Made by a program: the position numbers and the translations under genes. The notes below the pieces were generated by a model. That model saw nothing but the letters and a program-made list of their open reading frames with translations, was not told the origin of the DNA and ran no database searches. Source: Promethearchaeota archaeon (GTDB lineage Archaea; Asgardarchaeota; Hermodarchaeia; Hermodarchaeales; Hermodarchaeaceae). Taken from it: a DNA stretch of 64,000 nt. The DNA is taken from contig JBHLMI010000002.1 of the NCBI GenBank assembly GCA_048938295.1, positions 7,279-71,278 of the forward strand, given 5' to 3'. Positions 47,184 through 56,357 of this stretch are shown in pieces (the stretch's first letter is position 1; each line of letters begins with the position of its first letter).

Positions 47184-47690
47184 GTGCAATTTATTTGGCC
47201 GATTCTAATCATTTTCATTGTAATTATTCTGTTAGCTGCATGTATTATTTGCGTAGCGGTTCAGGATCGTCGTGATTCCCCGCCTCGTTCATACGTACGA
47301 GTCAGCCTCCGTGATCCTTGGCAACCGGTCACTGAAGATAGGAGGGGAGAACGCGAATGGGAACCTTCTGAACATCAGGTCGATGTGCTAATATGTTCTT
47401 GTGGGAAATGGAATGCCACCAATGAACAGATCTGCTGGAACTGCCAGGCCTCCCTCAATAAACTTCAACATCAGACTTTTACTTTTGAAACGGAGGAAAA
47501 ATGCGCTGTATGTGGCTATTGGGTATATCCGGGAGAATTGGTCGTGTTGTGTCCATCCTGCCAGGCTCAAGGTCATCGGACACATATGCTGGAATATGTT
47601 AAAGCGAAAGGCAGTTGCCCGGTGTGCAATGTCAGATTAACCTCTGAACAAATTCTTCGAACGGTTCCGATAATACGCAGCACAAATTAG
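47184..47690 (+). CDS. Membrane-anchored zinc-finger protein (zinc ribbon plus RING/PHD-like cross-brace finger)
   Basis: N-terminal TM helix, then CSC..CWNC, then C-x2-C-x13-C-x2-C-x4-H-x2-H-x11-C-x2-C. Confidence 0.55.
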   Translation: MQFIWPILIIFIVIILLAACIICVAVQDRRDSPPRSYVRVSLRDPWQPVTEDRRGEREWEPSEHQVDVLICSCGKWNATNEQICWNCQASLNKLQHQTFTFETEEKCAVCGYWVYPGELVVLCPSCQAQGHRTHMLEYVKAKGSCPVCNVRLTSEQILRTVPIIRSTN

Positions 47691-47720
47691 TGAATAGAAA
47701 TCACCAAATCTCAGATGATA

Positions 47721-48905
47721 TTACAGAAACACTGTTCTAGGTAGATTCGTGAGGTTACTAGATCCTTTCTTTGTAACAACGATATCGTCTTCGATTCGAA
47801 TGCCACCGACTTTCTTATAATATAACGCGGGTTCAATGGCGATAACAGCCCCAGATTTCAGGGGATGTGGTCTAAAGGACATTTTCGGATCTTCATGTAC
47901 ACTCAAGCCAATTCCGTGACCAAGCGCATGCAGCATCCCTTCTTCAATACCGGGGGTCCGATTGGCTGACGGATGTCCATCCCATTCAAAGGAATCAGCC
48001 ATGACATTCACGAGACCCTCTGTCGTTTCACCAACATGTATAGCATCAACCACTGCATCGAGAGCGGATTCAACTGACTCAAACAGCTTCTGAATTTTCT
48101 GAGACACCTGCCCGCGAACAATGGTACGGGTAACATCAGCATGATACCGTTCTTCGAGTCGGCGTGGAAAAATATCAATTATAACAGGTACATTTGCCCG
48201 AAGCAGATCACTACGAGCCCCCATATAATGGTAGTCGGCACCTTTAGGACCACTAGCGACAATGATCTCTTCACTGCTTTCTGAGTCATTGTCCACAAGC
48301 GTGTGTTCAATTATTCGTTTGAGTCGTCCTACTGTCAAGGGAGTTCTTTGATAAAGTAGGACCTTTCGAGGTCCAATAGTTGTATTATTGATTAAGTCGA
48401 TAACATGATTAAAGGTGACCATTGTAGCCTGGCTGGCTGATTCAATAGCTTTGATTTCCTTTCGGTCTTTTGTTTCTCGTGCTTCAAAGAAAAGGGACTC
48501 GACTGGTTGAAGTTTCAGACCTAGTTTCTGCAATAAATGGATATGCAGTGCATCAGTTTCAAGGGGTACACCAATAACACCATTTTTTGGAAGAAAGTTT
48601 CGTAGTAGATCCTCCAGTATGCGTTGAACATATTCATCTGATGATACTGCATCCTGTATTGCCTGATTGATTGTTGGACTTAGGCTATGAAAATATCTCA
48701 TTGGTGAATACTTCTTAGCTCGAGAACAGACAATATCTGATGCTGCAAGAATTCCAGGTTGATCAGGGAATTTCACATAGTAGGCATCGTCTACAGTGAG
48801 GAACCGTGTTAGGTAATAGAGATTAGGTTTCAAAAGGCTCTTGCCCTGGAGAAAAAGAGCATCTACGTCATATTTCGCCATTAATCCATCTACGTCATCG
48901 ATCAT
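47721..48905 (-). CDS. M24 family Xaa-Pro aminopeptidase/prolidase
   Basis: HALGHGIGLSVHEDP and pita-bread-fold metal ligands. Confidence 0.8.
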   Translation of the reverse strand: MIDDVDGLMAKYDVDALFLQGKSLLKPNLYYLTRFLTVDDAYYVKFPDQPGILAASDIVCSRAKKYSPMRYFHSLSPTINQAIQDAVSSDEYVQRILEDLLRNFLPKNGVIGVPLETDALHIHLLQKLGLKLQPVESLFFEARETKDRKEIKAIESASQATMVTFNHVIDLINNTTIGPRKVLLYQRTPLTVGRLKRIIEHTLVDNDSESSEEIIVASGPKGADYHYMGARSDLLRANVPVIIDIFPRRLEERYHADVTRTIVRGQVSQKIQKLFESVESALDAVVDAIHVGETTEGLVNVMADSFEWDGHPSANRTPGIEEGMLHALGHGIGLSVHEDPKMSFRPHPLKSGAVIAIEPALYYKKVGGIRIEDDIVVTKKGSSNLTNLPRTVFL

Positions 48906-49132
48906 GTTACAAACCCTCCTCGCAGGTCAAAGAGATTATGGCGTTCTGTGTGGGTTTACATCTTAAGTGTTCTGAACATTATACGTTGAGCTTAAGAGCC
49001 TGAATTTTGAATTCCTTAGCGTATTGGGGTGTGCACAATATCTAAGTACCCTCAGTTATCACAGATGGGACCAGAATTTTGGTCAACCCTTCACAGATTA
49101 CGTATTTGTGCTGACTAGACAGGCATTCTGAA

Positions 49133-50602
49133 GTGACCTCCATGAATGACAACGATCCATCTAACAATGCAGATACTCCCCCATCCACAATCTCGGTGGA
49201 TCCCTTTAAAGGAGATCGGGAACCTGCTCCAGAAGTGCCACAACCGGAAAAAACAGAAAAACCAAAGAAAGGCTTTTTTGCCTCGCTAAAATCCGTGCTT
49301 ACCTTTGGCAGCTATTCGGTGTATCTAGTTACCGCTTGGATTCTGGGAATCTTCGGGATTATCTTGGATAGCTATCTGATGTTGTTTCTAAGGGATTTCA
49401 TTATCGCCTATATGCCACAGGTTGAACTGGTCTACATCACCATCGGATTCGCTGTTTTAGCATTTATTGGTATCGAGTTGATTGCAAGATTCTTTGGTGG
49501 TTATTTGGGTGACAATGTCAATAGAAAATGGCTCTCAGTCCTGACTATGTTCATTTCTGGGCTTGGCATGATGATACTCGCATTTGCCACTGGATTGATC
49601 GGATTAATCGCAGGAATCCTCATTATGTCCGGATCGTCACTATTTGCCAGTGGTTCAACATCTTACATCTATGAGCAGATAGAACCGGAACACAGTGGAC
49701 TGGCGATGGGAATTTTTCAGACAAGTAGTGGTTTTGGCCTCATTGGGCTGGGGTTAGTCACCTGGCTTCTTGAGATTGGTGTACCTTTCGTCTTCACAAT
49801 TCAGATTGTCTTCTTCATTGGAGCTATGTGCTACATGGTTGCAGCAACGATTCGAGCCGTCTTTCTTGCTGAACCTCGACCGATCGTGCGTGAGAAACAG
49901 GAAAAGAATCATGCGCGAGAGTTCCTTAAACAAAATGCTAATGCTCTCAAATTACTCTGGATGATTTTACCCGTCTTTATGGTAGTGCTTATCCTTGACG
50001 CACTCAGTGATGGTTTTTACCGGTTCGTCAGCACCTTCTATCTCAACGAAGCGCTAGGATTCTCGATTGGCGAAATTAGCATCATGCTAATCGTTGTACT
50101 GGCGTTTTCGATTCCACTCTCGGTGTGGGTGGGCTCCTTTTTCGATAAATATGGCAGCCGTCGCGCTATCATCGCCGTATACAGCGTTATGCCAATCACC
50201 CTTGCATTGCTTATCCTTGCCCCCCTTTTCCCCTTCTGGTTACCACCCGCTACTGTTGCTTCAATAATTACTACTCATCCGATTCTAGAACCCTTAATGA
50301 GCACTGCTTTTATCGCGCTCGCAATGAAAAACATTAACGATATTCTTTGGTGGACCCTAATTCTAACCTACCTACGAAAGGCCATGCCACGGTCTGAAAC
50401 CGCAAAGATGCTCAGCATCTTCTTCATCGTGGTCTTTTTTGCCTTCTTAATCACTCCGATTCCATCTGGCTTCATCTATACCTTCTTTGGAGCGATTCCC
50501 CTATTGGTGTTGACCCTTTGCATTAATCTCGTTATCCTCGGCATTCTGGTCTTCGCTAATGTAGAACCCCAACCCATCCCCGAGGAATACAAAGACATGT
50601 GA
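49133..50602 (+). CDS. MFS transporter
   Basis: 12-14 TM helices. The N-terminal 50 aa are hydrophilic and Pro-rich. Confidence 0.6.
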   Translation: MTSMNDNDPSNNADTPPSTISVDPFKGDREPAPEVPQPEKTEKPKKGFFASLKSVLTFGSYSVYLVTAWILGIFGIILDSYLMLFLRDFIIAYMPQVELVYITIGFAVLAFIGIELIARFFGGYLGDNVNRKWLSVLTMFISGLGMMILAFATGLIGLIAGILIMSGSSLFASGSTSYIYEQIEPEHSGLAMGIFQTSSGFGLIGLGLVTWLLEIGVPFVFTIQIVFFIGAMCYMVAATIRAVFLAEPRPIVREKQEKNHAREFLKQNANALKLLWMILPVFMVVLILDALSDGFYRFVSTFYLNEALGFSIGEISIMLIVVLAFSIPLSVWVGSFFDKYGSRRAIIAVYSVMPITLALLILAPLFPFWLPPATVASIITTHPILEPLMSTAFIALAMKNINDILWWTLILTYLRKAMPRSETAKMLSIFFIVVFFAFLITPIPSGFIYTFFGAIPLLVLTLCINLVILGILVFANVEPQPIPEEYKDM

Positions 50603-50627
50603 AAAAGACAGCATCAGACCCAGTGCC

Positions 50628-51953
50628 CTAATCAGAGTCTGTCGGTTCACGTACTAGTGGAAGCAAAACAGCGGCAATCACCGTCAAGATTAATGCAAGG
50701 GTGAACATCAAACTTGGTCCAAACAACGCCCAAAGATAACCTGCAATGAGGCTAGCGAAGAGAAGAGCAAAGCCAATGAGCATTTGGTATAAACCAAGTA
50801 TGCTAGCGCGTACATCAATGGGGGACAGCTCAGAGACCAATGAGGATTGCATGGGAACAGTAGCCCCAATGCTAACCCCATAAAAAATCAAGGCTAAAAT
50901 AACCATCCAGAAATTTGGTACAAACAGAAAGATAGCACACATTAATCCAAAGAAGGTAAAACCAATTAGAATAGTGAGTCTTCGTCCAATACGGTCGCCT
51001 AATTTTCCAAGGGGAGCTGAAGTGAGGGCTGCAGTAAGAGTAAAGGTCAGATAGGCAACTGGCACACCCAGAAAAGGAGTGGCTGGAATCACAATAAAGA
51101 GTCCAGCATAAAGAGTAAGTAGGGACCAGCTGAAAGAAGCCAAAGCAAAGATCATACTTAGAATAATGAAAATGGCAAGGCTGCGATTAACACCAGAGAA
51201 CCGAAATACTGGTTTCCCCGGCGCCTTTCGGTAATCAACGATTCGAATAATTATAAGGATGGCCCCGATGAAAGTAGGAATTGTTGCAAAAACAAAGAGG
51301 AGCCTGAGGCTAGCGAGTAAATCAAATCCTAATATTACCCCTAACCAGGGAACCGCAAATGTAACGAACAGGATGGTAATAACAACTCCAAGTGTTGCGC
51401 CCATATTATCCAGGGTCCTGAGAATGCCAAAGTCTCTCCCCCGGGTTTCGTGAGTAGATACATCAGCTACAAGTGCATCACGGGGGGCACCTCGAAGCTT
51501 GCCTGAACGATCTAATATCTTCGCTGGAATGAGCCATTGCCAAATCGGTGTGAAGGAATAAATTAGCCGTGAAGAGGCACCCATCATGTAACCAGACCAA
51601 ATGAAAACCTTCCGTTTTTGAACCATATCGGAAATGAATCCCCAAAAGCCCTTGGACACGTGGACGACAAAATCACCGATTCCATCAACTAGCCCTAATA
51701 TTAGTGGTGCGAGACCTGGTGGCGTGAGTAGGGCAACGAAGACCGGCCAGATCGAGAAGACTATGTCCGAGCCCATATCATTGAGGAACGAGACCGCTCC
51801 AAAGGTTTGTATAACGCTACGTTCGGTAGGAACTTCATCCCAGGATTTTATTTCATTTGCGGAATCATCGTCCAACTTGGAATCCTCCATTTTGGGAAAT
51901 AAAACAGATTCTGCTATGCCACTTTGATGTTCAAATAAATAACGAAGCGGCAT
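50628..51953 (-). CDS. MFS transporter
   Basis: 12 TM helices, MFS motif-A-like G..R..GRR loops. Confidence 0.6.
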   Translation of the reverse strand: MPLRYLFEHQSGIAESVLFPKMEDSKLDDDSANEIKSWDEVPTERSVIQTFGAVSFLNDMGSDIVFSIWPVFVALLTPPGLAPLILGLVDGIGDFVVHVSKGFWGFISDMVQKRKVFIWSGYMMGASSRLIYSFTPIWQWLIPAKILDRSGKLRGAPRDALVADVSTHETRGRDFGILRTLDNMGATLGVVITILFVTFAVPWLGVILGFDLLASLRLLFVFATIPTFIGAILIIIRIVDYRKAPGKPVFRFSGVNRSLAIFIILSMIFALASFSWSLLTLYAGLFIVIPATPFLGVPVAYLTFTLTAALTSAPLGKLGDRIGRRLTILIGFTFFGLMCAIFLFVPNFWMVILALIFYGVSIGATVPMQSSLVSELSPIDVRASILGLYQMLIGFALLFASLIAGYLWALFGPSLMFTLALILTVIAAVLLPLVREPTDSD

Positions 51954-53787
51954 AGGTTTTAGAAAACTCAGGATGACGAGCTAAGTCAAGGAACTCGACG
52001 AATTTTGCCAGGATTTGCGCCTCTTGCCTTTGGGAAGTTGATAAGAGAGCTTGCTGGGCACCGACTAATGCGGCATTTCCAATGAGGCTAATATTTTTCA
52101 GGGGAAGAGGGGGGATTAGACCGATGCGTTGAGCACTCTCTGGATTTAGGTATGTTCCGAAAGCCCCAGCAACATAGACGTGACCTAAGTCTTCTGCATC
52201 AAGTTTTTGTTGTTTGAGTAAGAGGGTGTATCCGGATTTGATGGCTGCTTTTGCTAGGAGCAATTGTGAAATATCCTGCTCCGAAAGTGTAATTGAGGGG
52301 AGTCCCTTCTTGGTTACACCTTTGGTGAGTGTAATGAACCTAATGTTTTCTTCTTTTGTAATTAGGGGTGACGCCGCTTTGGTAAATCGACCCTTTGATG
52401 ACAATAGCTTTGCCTGCGCGAGCTGAGCGATGGTATCGACTACGCCAGAGCCACATATTCCACGTGGTTCGATATTGTTAATGGTTGTCAAATTAAATTG
52501 CTTAGAAATTGTATTAAAGCTAACTCTTTCGATGGCTCCACTCACTGCCTTCATACCATGCTTGATTCCTGCACCTTCAAAGGCAGGACCCGCAGCGCAA
52601 GAGGTGGCAACGAGATGGTCTTGGTTCCCCAAGATTACTTCACTATTAGTCCCAATGTCGATAAGGAGACAGGGTTCTTCTTGTTCATGGATTCCAGTAG
52701 CCAGAATATCTGCAACTGCATCTGCCCCGACATATCCTGCAATATTAGGCAAGATGTATACGACACATTGTGGTGGAAGATTAAGACCTAATTGACTGGC
52801 AGATACTTCAAGGGGACCCCGAAAGGGAGGAACAAACGGTCCATAACCAAGATGGGTGGTATCTAAACCAAGGAAAAGACTCGTCATCACCGTATTCCCT
52901 ACAACGATGACCTCAAATATCTGGTCAGCGAAAGCATCAGAGGACACCAGTTTGCCAAGAAGAGTATTCACACCCTCAATTACTGCAGATTGTAATTCCT
53001 TCCTCGTTTCTAATCCAACTGCAGCGTAACTTAGCCGTGTCATAATATCCTCCCCAAATCGCAGTTGTGGATTCTCAATGCCTCCTGATGAAATCAGCTT
53101 AGCGGATGTTAACGAATAGAGGCTACCTGCTATCTTTGATGTTCCGATATCCAATGCGCATCCATAGATGCTTTCGCGAGCATCTCCCGCTTGAATATCA
53201 AGGAGTTGAAACTGGTTACGAATTATCAAAGTAACCTCGCCATTGGCTTTGCGTACCGCCTGCGGTGTCTTTGTAATCACGGGAAGGGGATATTCCCAAC
53301 GAGTGATGCCTTTATACTGTGGATTCTTAGCTAAGCTAGCAAGAACCCTTTCGGTGTCTGGTTTAGATTCATTCGGATTGACACTAGAAACCCGAAGAAG
53401 AAGAGCATGCAGAGCAGGGCTAAAGTGTATCGGACGTAGAGTGCCAGTGATTTGTAATTGGCGTCGTGAAACATGGGTTGCAGTTGGAATAGTAATAATC
53501 AGATCTGTTTCACCGTTTATACGAGCCTGACAGGCTAACCGAAACCCAGCTTTCTGTTGGTCGCTAGTTAATTGGATTCGCTCAGCAGATGTAAGCGGGT
53601 TTAGACCAGTTTGAGGTTCAATGTGAACACGACATTTGCCACAGGTCCCCTGACCTCCACATTCAGAACGCAGCTGGATACCCACCTGACTTGCCACATC
53701 AAGTACTGTAAAGTTCTTCTGGATTTGTATTCGCCGCCTATCTGGCTCGAAGGTAACTTCCACGTCATCCAAACTTGTATACTCCAT
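51931..53787 (-). CDS. RACo-like corrinoid activation protein (2Fe-2S ferredoxin plus ASKHA ATPase domain)
   Basis: N-terminal plant-type ferredoxin (CGGQGTCGKCRV..C). C-terminal ASKHA/DUF4445 segments (DIGTSK, DIGTNSE). Confidence 0.7.
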   Translation of the reverse strand: MEYTSLDDVEVTFEPDRRRIQIQKNFTVLDVASQVGIQLRSECGGQGTCGKCRVHIEPQTGLNPLTSAERIQLTSDQQKAGFRLACQARINGETDLIITIPTATHVSRRQLQITGTLRPIHFSPALHALLLRVSSVNPNESKPDTERVLASLAKNPQYKGITRWEYPLPVITKTPQAVRKANGEVTLIIRNQFQLLDIQAGDARESIYGCALDIGTSKIAGSLYSLTSAKLISSGGIENPQLRFGEDIMTRLSYAAVGLETRKELQSAVIEGVNTLLGKLVSSDAFADQIFEVIVVGNTVMTSLFLGLDTTHLGYGPFVPPFRGPLEVSASQLGLNLPPQCVVYILPNIAGYVGADAVADILATGIHEQEEPCLLIDIGTNSEVILGNQDHLVATSCAAGPAFEGAGIKHGMKAVSGAIERVSFNTISKQFNLTTINNIEPRGICGSGVVDTIAQLAQAKLLSSKGRFTKAASPLITKEENIRFITLTKGVTKKGLPSITLSEQDISQLLLAKAAIKSGYTLLLKQQKLDAEDLGHVYVAGAFGTYLNPESAQRIGLIPPLPLKNISLIGNAALVGAQQALLSTSQRQEAQILAKFVEFLDLARHPEFSKTYAASLFI

Positions 53788-53899
53788 CCATTTTTTCGAT
53801 ACGGAGTGGTAGTTTTATTCAAATAATAAACGCTGAAATTTTAAGCCGTCATATATATGACTAGCATTGTAGATTATAAGGGATAAATCCATACAGTAA

Positions 53900-54208
53900 A
53901 TGGTCTTTACCCTTGAGGTGATACACAACTTGGCAGAAACTCCTCCCACTGGTCCACCATCTGGTCCACCATCTGGTCCACCATCTGGTCCACCTCCAGC
54001 TGCAGCACCACCGGCTCAACCCACAGCCCCACCAAAGCCAGAAGAAAAGCCTCTTGCTCCAGATCAATGTCCCCGTTGCCGTAGTGATGCAACGACGATT
54101 TTACGCAAAGTTCCCATTGCCTACGGTCATGAGGTCACACGAAAATGTGACAAATGTGGGAACATTTGGAAATACACCTCTAAGTTTGGCGCTGGTGCCT
54201 GGCCATAA
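53900..54208 (+). CDS. Proline-rich repeat protein with C-terminal zinc ribbon
   Basis: TPPTGPPSGPPSGPPSGPPPAAAPPAQPTAPPKPEEKP followed by CPRC..x25..CDKC. Confidence 0.5.
   Translation: MVFTLEVIHNLAETPPTGPPSGPPSGPPSGPPPAAAPPAQPTAPPKPEEKPLAPDQCPRCRSDATTILRKVPIAYGHEVTRKCDKCGNIWKYTSKFGAGAWP
53951..53998 (+). repeat. Tandem 12-nt repeat (GGTCCACCATCT x3 plus one imperfect copy) inside the CDS
   Basis: Read directly from the sequence; it encodes (GPPS)n. Confidence 0.9.
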
Positions 54209-54322
54209 AATGCCCTCCAACCCTAACGGTCCATGCAAGGGAACTACTTGAGATGCTGCACAGCTGGTTTGTGAACTGGTGAATTAAGTCTGAGACACAA
54301 TTGAGGAAAAGAAGAGAGTATC

Positions 54323-54511
54323 TTAGGCCTGTTGAAATCCGTAGCAGGAGGATTTGTCAGTAAGAAGGAGATAATGGGTGTCCCCTTTCTTTGCAAAGGG
54401 GTTCACACTAGTACAGGTTCCAGTTTTCTTATCGTAATTTTTACAGTTGAGGCAAATGGATTTTACAGACATTTCATCAGGCATTATTTTCCGTGTCATG
54501 GCACATTGCAC
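54323..54511 (-). CDS. Small cysteine-containing protein
   Basis: 62 aa with CLNC..x9..C. Low confidence. Confidence 0.25.
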   Translation of the reverse strand: MQCAMTRKIMPDEMSVKSICLNCKNYDKKTGTCTSVNPFAKKGDTHYLLLTDKSSCYGFQQA

Positions 54512-54630
54512 CCACTGAATATTCGGTTTAAGGATGTGGGTGTGCTAAAATCTTTTCCATCACTCTATTTCAGGAAAAGTTACACCCAAATAATACCTTT
54601 ACTGCAAGATAACATAATGGAGGACTATAC

Positions 54631-55155
54631 ATGACCATGGTGCACTCTTTGCTAGAAGAAGTACAAGAAAGCGTGAGAGGATTAGTTGATCAAATTGCCC
54701 ATGAGCTAACGAAACGAAAAGCTACCCTAATGGTCGCTGAATCTGCAACTGGAGGATTAATTCAGCATCTGTTAACCCAAATTCCCGGAAGCTCAGCGTT
54801 TTATTATGGAGGGGTTGTCGCCTATGCCACCGAACTGAAACACCGGTTACTCCAGGTACCTGAATCCACTCTCAGACAATATGGCTCAGTAAGCCAAGAA
54901 ACCGTCGCAGCGATGGCAAATAGTATTAGGCTCTGGTTAAATACAGATTACGGACTTGCATCCTCAGGGATTGCAGGACCAACCGGAGAAACGGAAACGA
55001 AACCAGTGGGACTTGTGATTGTTGGCGTATCGCACCACTCTTTTGAAACAGTCACGCGAGAGCACCATTTCAAGGGTACACGAAGCGATAATAAATACCG
55101 TTTCAGTCATGCAGCGCTTCAATTACTCCTTGATTGCATTCTTCAAGAGAATTAA
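54631..55155 (+). CDS. CinA C-terminal domain protein (PncC-like nicotinamide-nucleotide amidohydrolase family)
   Basis: ATLMVAESATGGLI and SGIAGP motifs. Confidence 0.75.
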   Translation: MTMVHSLLEEVQESVRGLVDQIAHELTKRKATLMVAESATGGLIQHLLTQIPGSSAFYYGGVVAYATELKHRLLQVPESTLRQYGSVSQETVAAMANSIRLWLNTDYGLASSGIAGPTGETETKPVGLVIVGVSHHSFETVTREHHFKGTRSDNKYRFSHAALQLLLDCILQEN

Positions 55156-55200
55156 GTTTAACTCGGCGGAAATCTCTTAAAGTACCACCCAAAACGACAC

Positions 55201-56118
55201 ATGAAAGCGATGCCTCCCTTTTCAGGATATCCCAACTACCTCGAGCCTCCTGTCTTTCGCCCGCCCAGCGAAGCTAACAGTCTTATCCTTCAAGCCACTC
55301 TCGGTTGTTCCCATAATGCCTGCACTTTTTGTGGCAGCTACCGCACCAAAAAGTTTAGGGTTAAACCGTTTTCTCAATTCCAAAAGGAGGTACACCGCTT
55401 AGGCCGTGAATATCAAATCCACCCACGACGAATTTTCTTAGCGGATGGAGACGCATTCGTGCTTCCAACTTCCCAATTACTCAACATTTTAAACTTACTC
55501 ACTCAAGAATTCCCTAGTGTTGAACGGATCAGTATCTACGCCAGTGGCACAAATATTCAACGAAAATCCGACAAAGACCTCGCACAGCTTCGGAAAGCCG
55601 GACTCGAAATGATATACATTGGTCTAGAATCCGGTGATGACACCGTTTTAAAGAAAGTCAACAAAGGAATTTCGAATCAGGAACATATCAAAGCCTCCCG
55701 TAGGCTGATACACGCTGGCTTCATATTATCTCCCATCATCATCTTAGGACTTGGTGGAAAGGATCTGAGTCAACAGCACGCCAATAATACAGCTGAGACC
55801 ATCAATGCAATTGACCCACCTTACCTAGCCGCATTAACCTTAATGCTGGTGCCAGGTACTGAACTTCACACACAAACTGAGAGAGGAGAGTTCGACCCAC
55901 TTACACCTATTGAAATTCTCCAAGAGCTCAGGGCTCTTATTGATGGATTAACGAAACTGACAAATTGTGTGTTTCGAACTAATCATGCATCAAATTACCT
56001 CCCCCTTCGTGGTGTATTATCTCAAGACCGCGAGATATTTCTTCAGAAAATCGATTCTGTCCTAGCGGACCCGAATGCGATAAGTCGACTACGTCCAGAT
56101 TATATCCGCCGCTTATAA
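55201..56118 (+). CDS. Radical SAM-like protein with unusual CX4CX2C cluster motif
   Basis: GCSHNACTFCG, then FLADGDAF and IYIGLESGDD glycine-rich SAM-binding-like segments. Confidence 0.6.
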   Translation: MKAMPPFSGYPNYLEPPVFRPPSEANSLILQATLGCSHNACTFCGSYRTKKFRVKPFSQFQKEVHRLGREYQIHPRRIFLADGDAFVLPTSQLLNILNLLTQEFPSVERISIYASGTNIQRKSDKDLAQLRKAGLEMIYIGLESGDDTVLKKVNKGISNQEHIKASRRLIHAGFILSPIIILGLGGKDLSQQHANNTAETINAIDPPYLAALTLMLVPGTELHTQTERGEFDPLTPIEILQELRALIDGLTKLTNCVFRTNHASNYLPLRGVLSQDREIFLQKIDSVLADPNAISRLRPDYIRRL

Positions 56119-56177
56119 GAAAGGCTTAACCTGTATCAAAGTGACTAGCATGAGCAGATATTAGGAGTAGGTATACC

Positions 56178-56357
56178 ATGAGTCTTGATCCAGATGATTT
56201 CAACCCTCTTGCACGGCGTGAGCCTCAACCAATTCATCCAAAGGATCCCCGACACACTGTCGATGCAGACATTGTCACATTGCTTCGTCAACTGATGATC
56301 CGAGTGGAACGGCTTGAAGAGGATATGCGGAAAGTGAAAGAGAAACTAAACCTGTAA
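56178..56357 (+). CDS. Small hypothetical protein (59 aa, below the ORF-track cutoff)
   Basis: ATG at 56178 preceded by TAGGAGTAGG. It ends at a TAA abutting the M1 peptidase gene on the opposite strand. Confidence 0.25.
   Translation: MSLDPDDFNPLARREPQPIHPKDPRHTVDADIVTLLRQLMIRVERLEEDMRKVKEKLNL

Noticed and set aside
53861-54092. Minus-strand ORFs encoding WWTRWWTRWWTR / VDQMVDQMVDQM repeats
   Set aside because: They are the antisense readings of the 12-nt tandem repeat that encodes the GPPS repeat on the plus strand. The plus-strand reading continues into a zinc ribbon and is the plausible gene.
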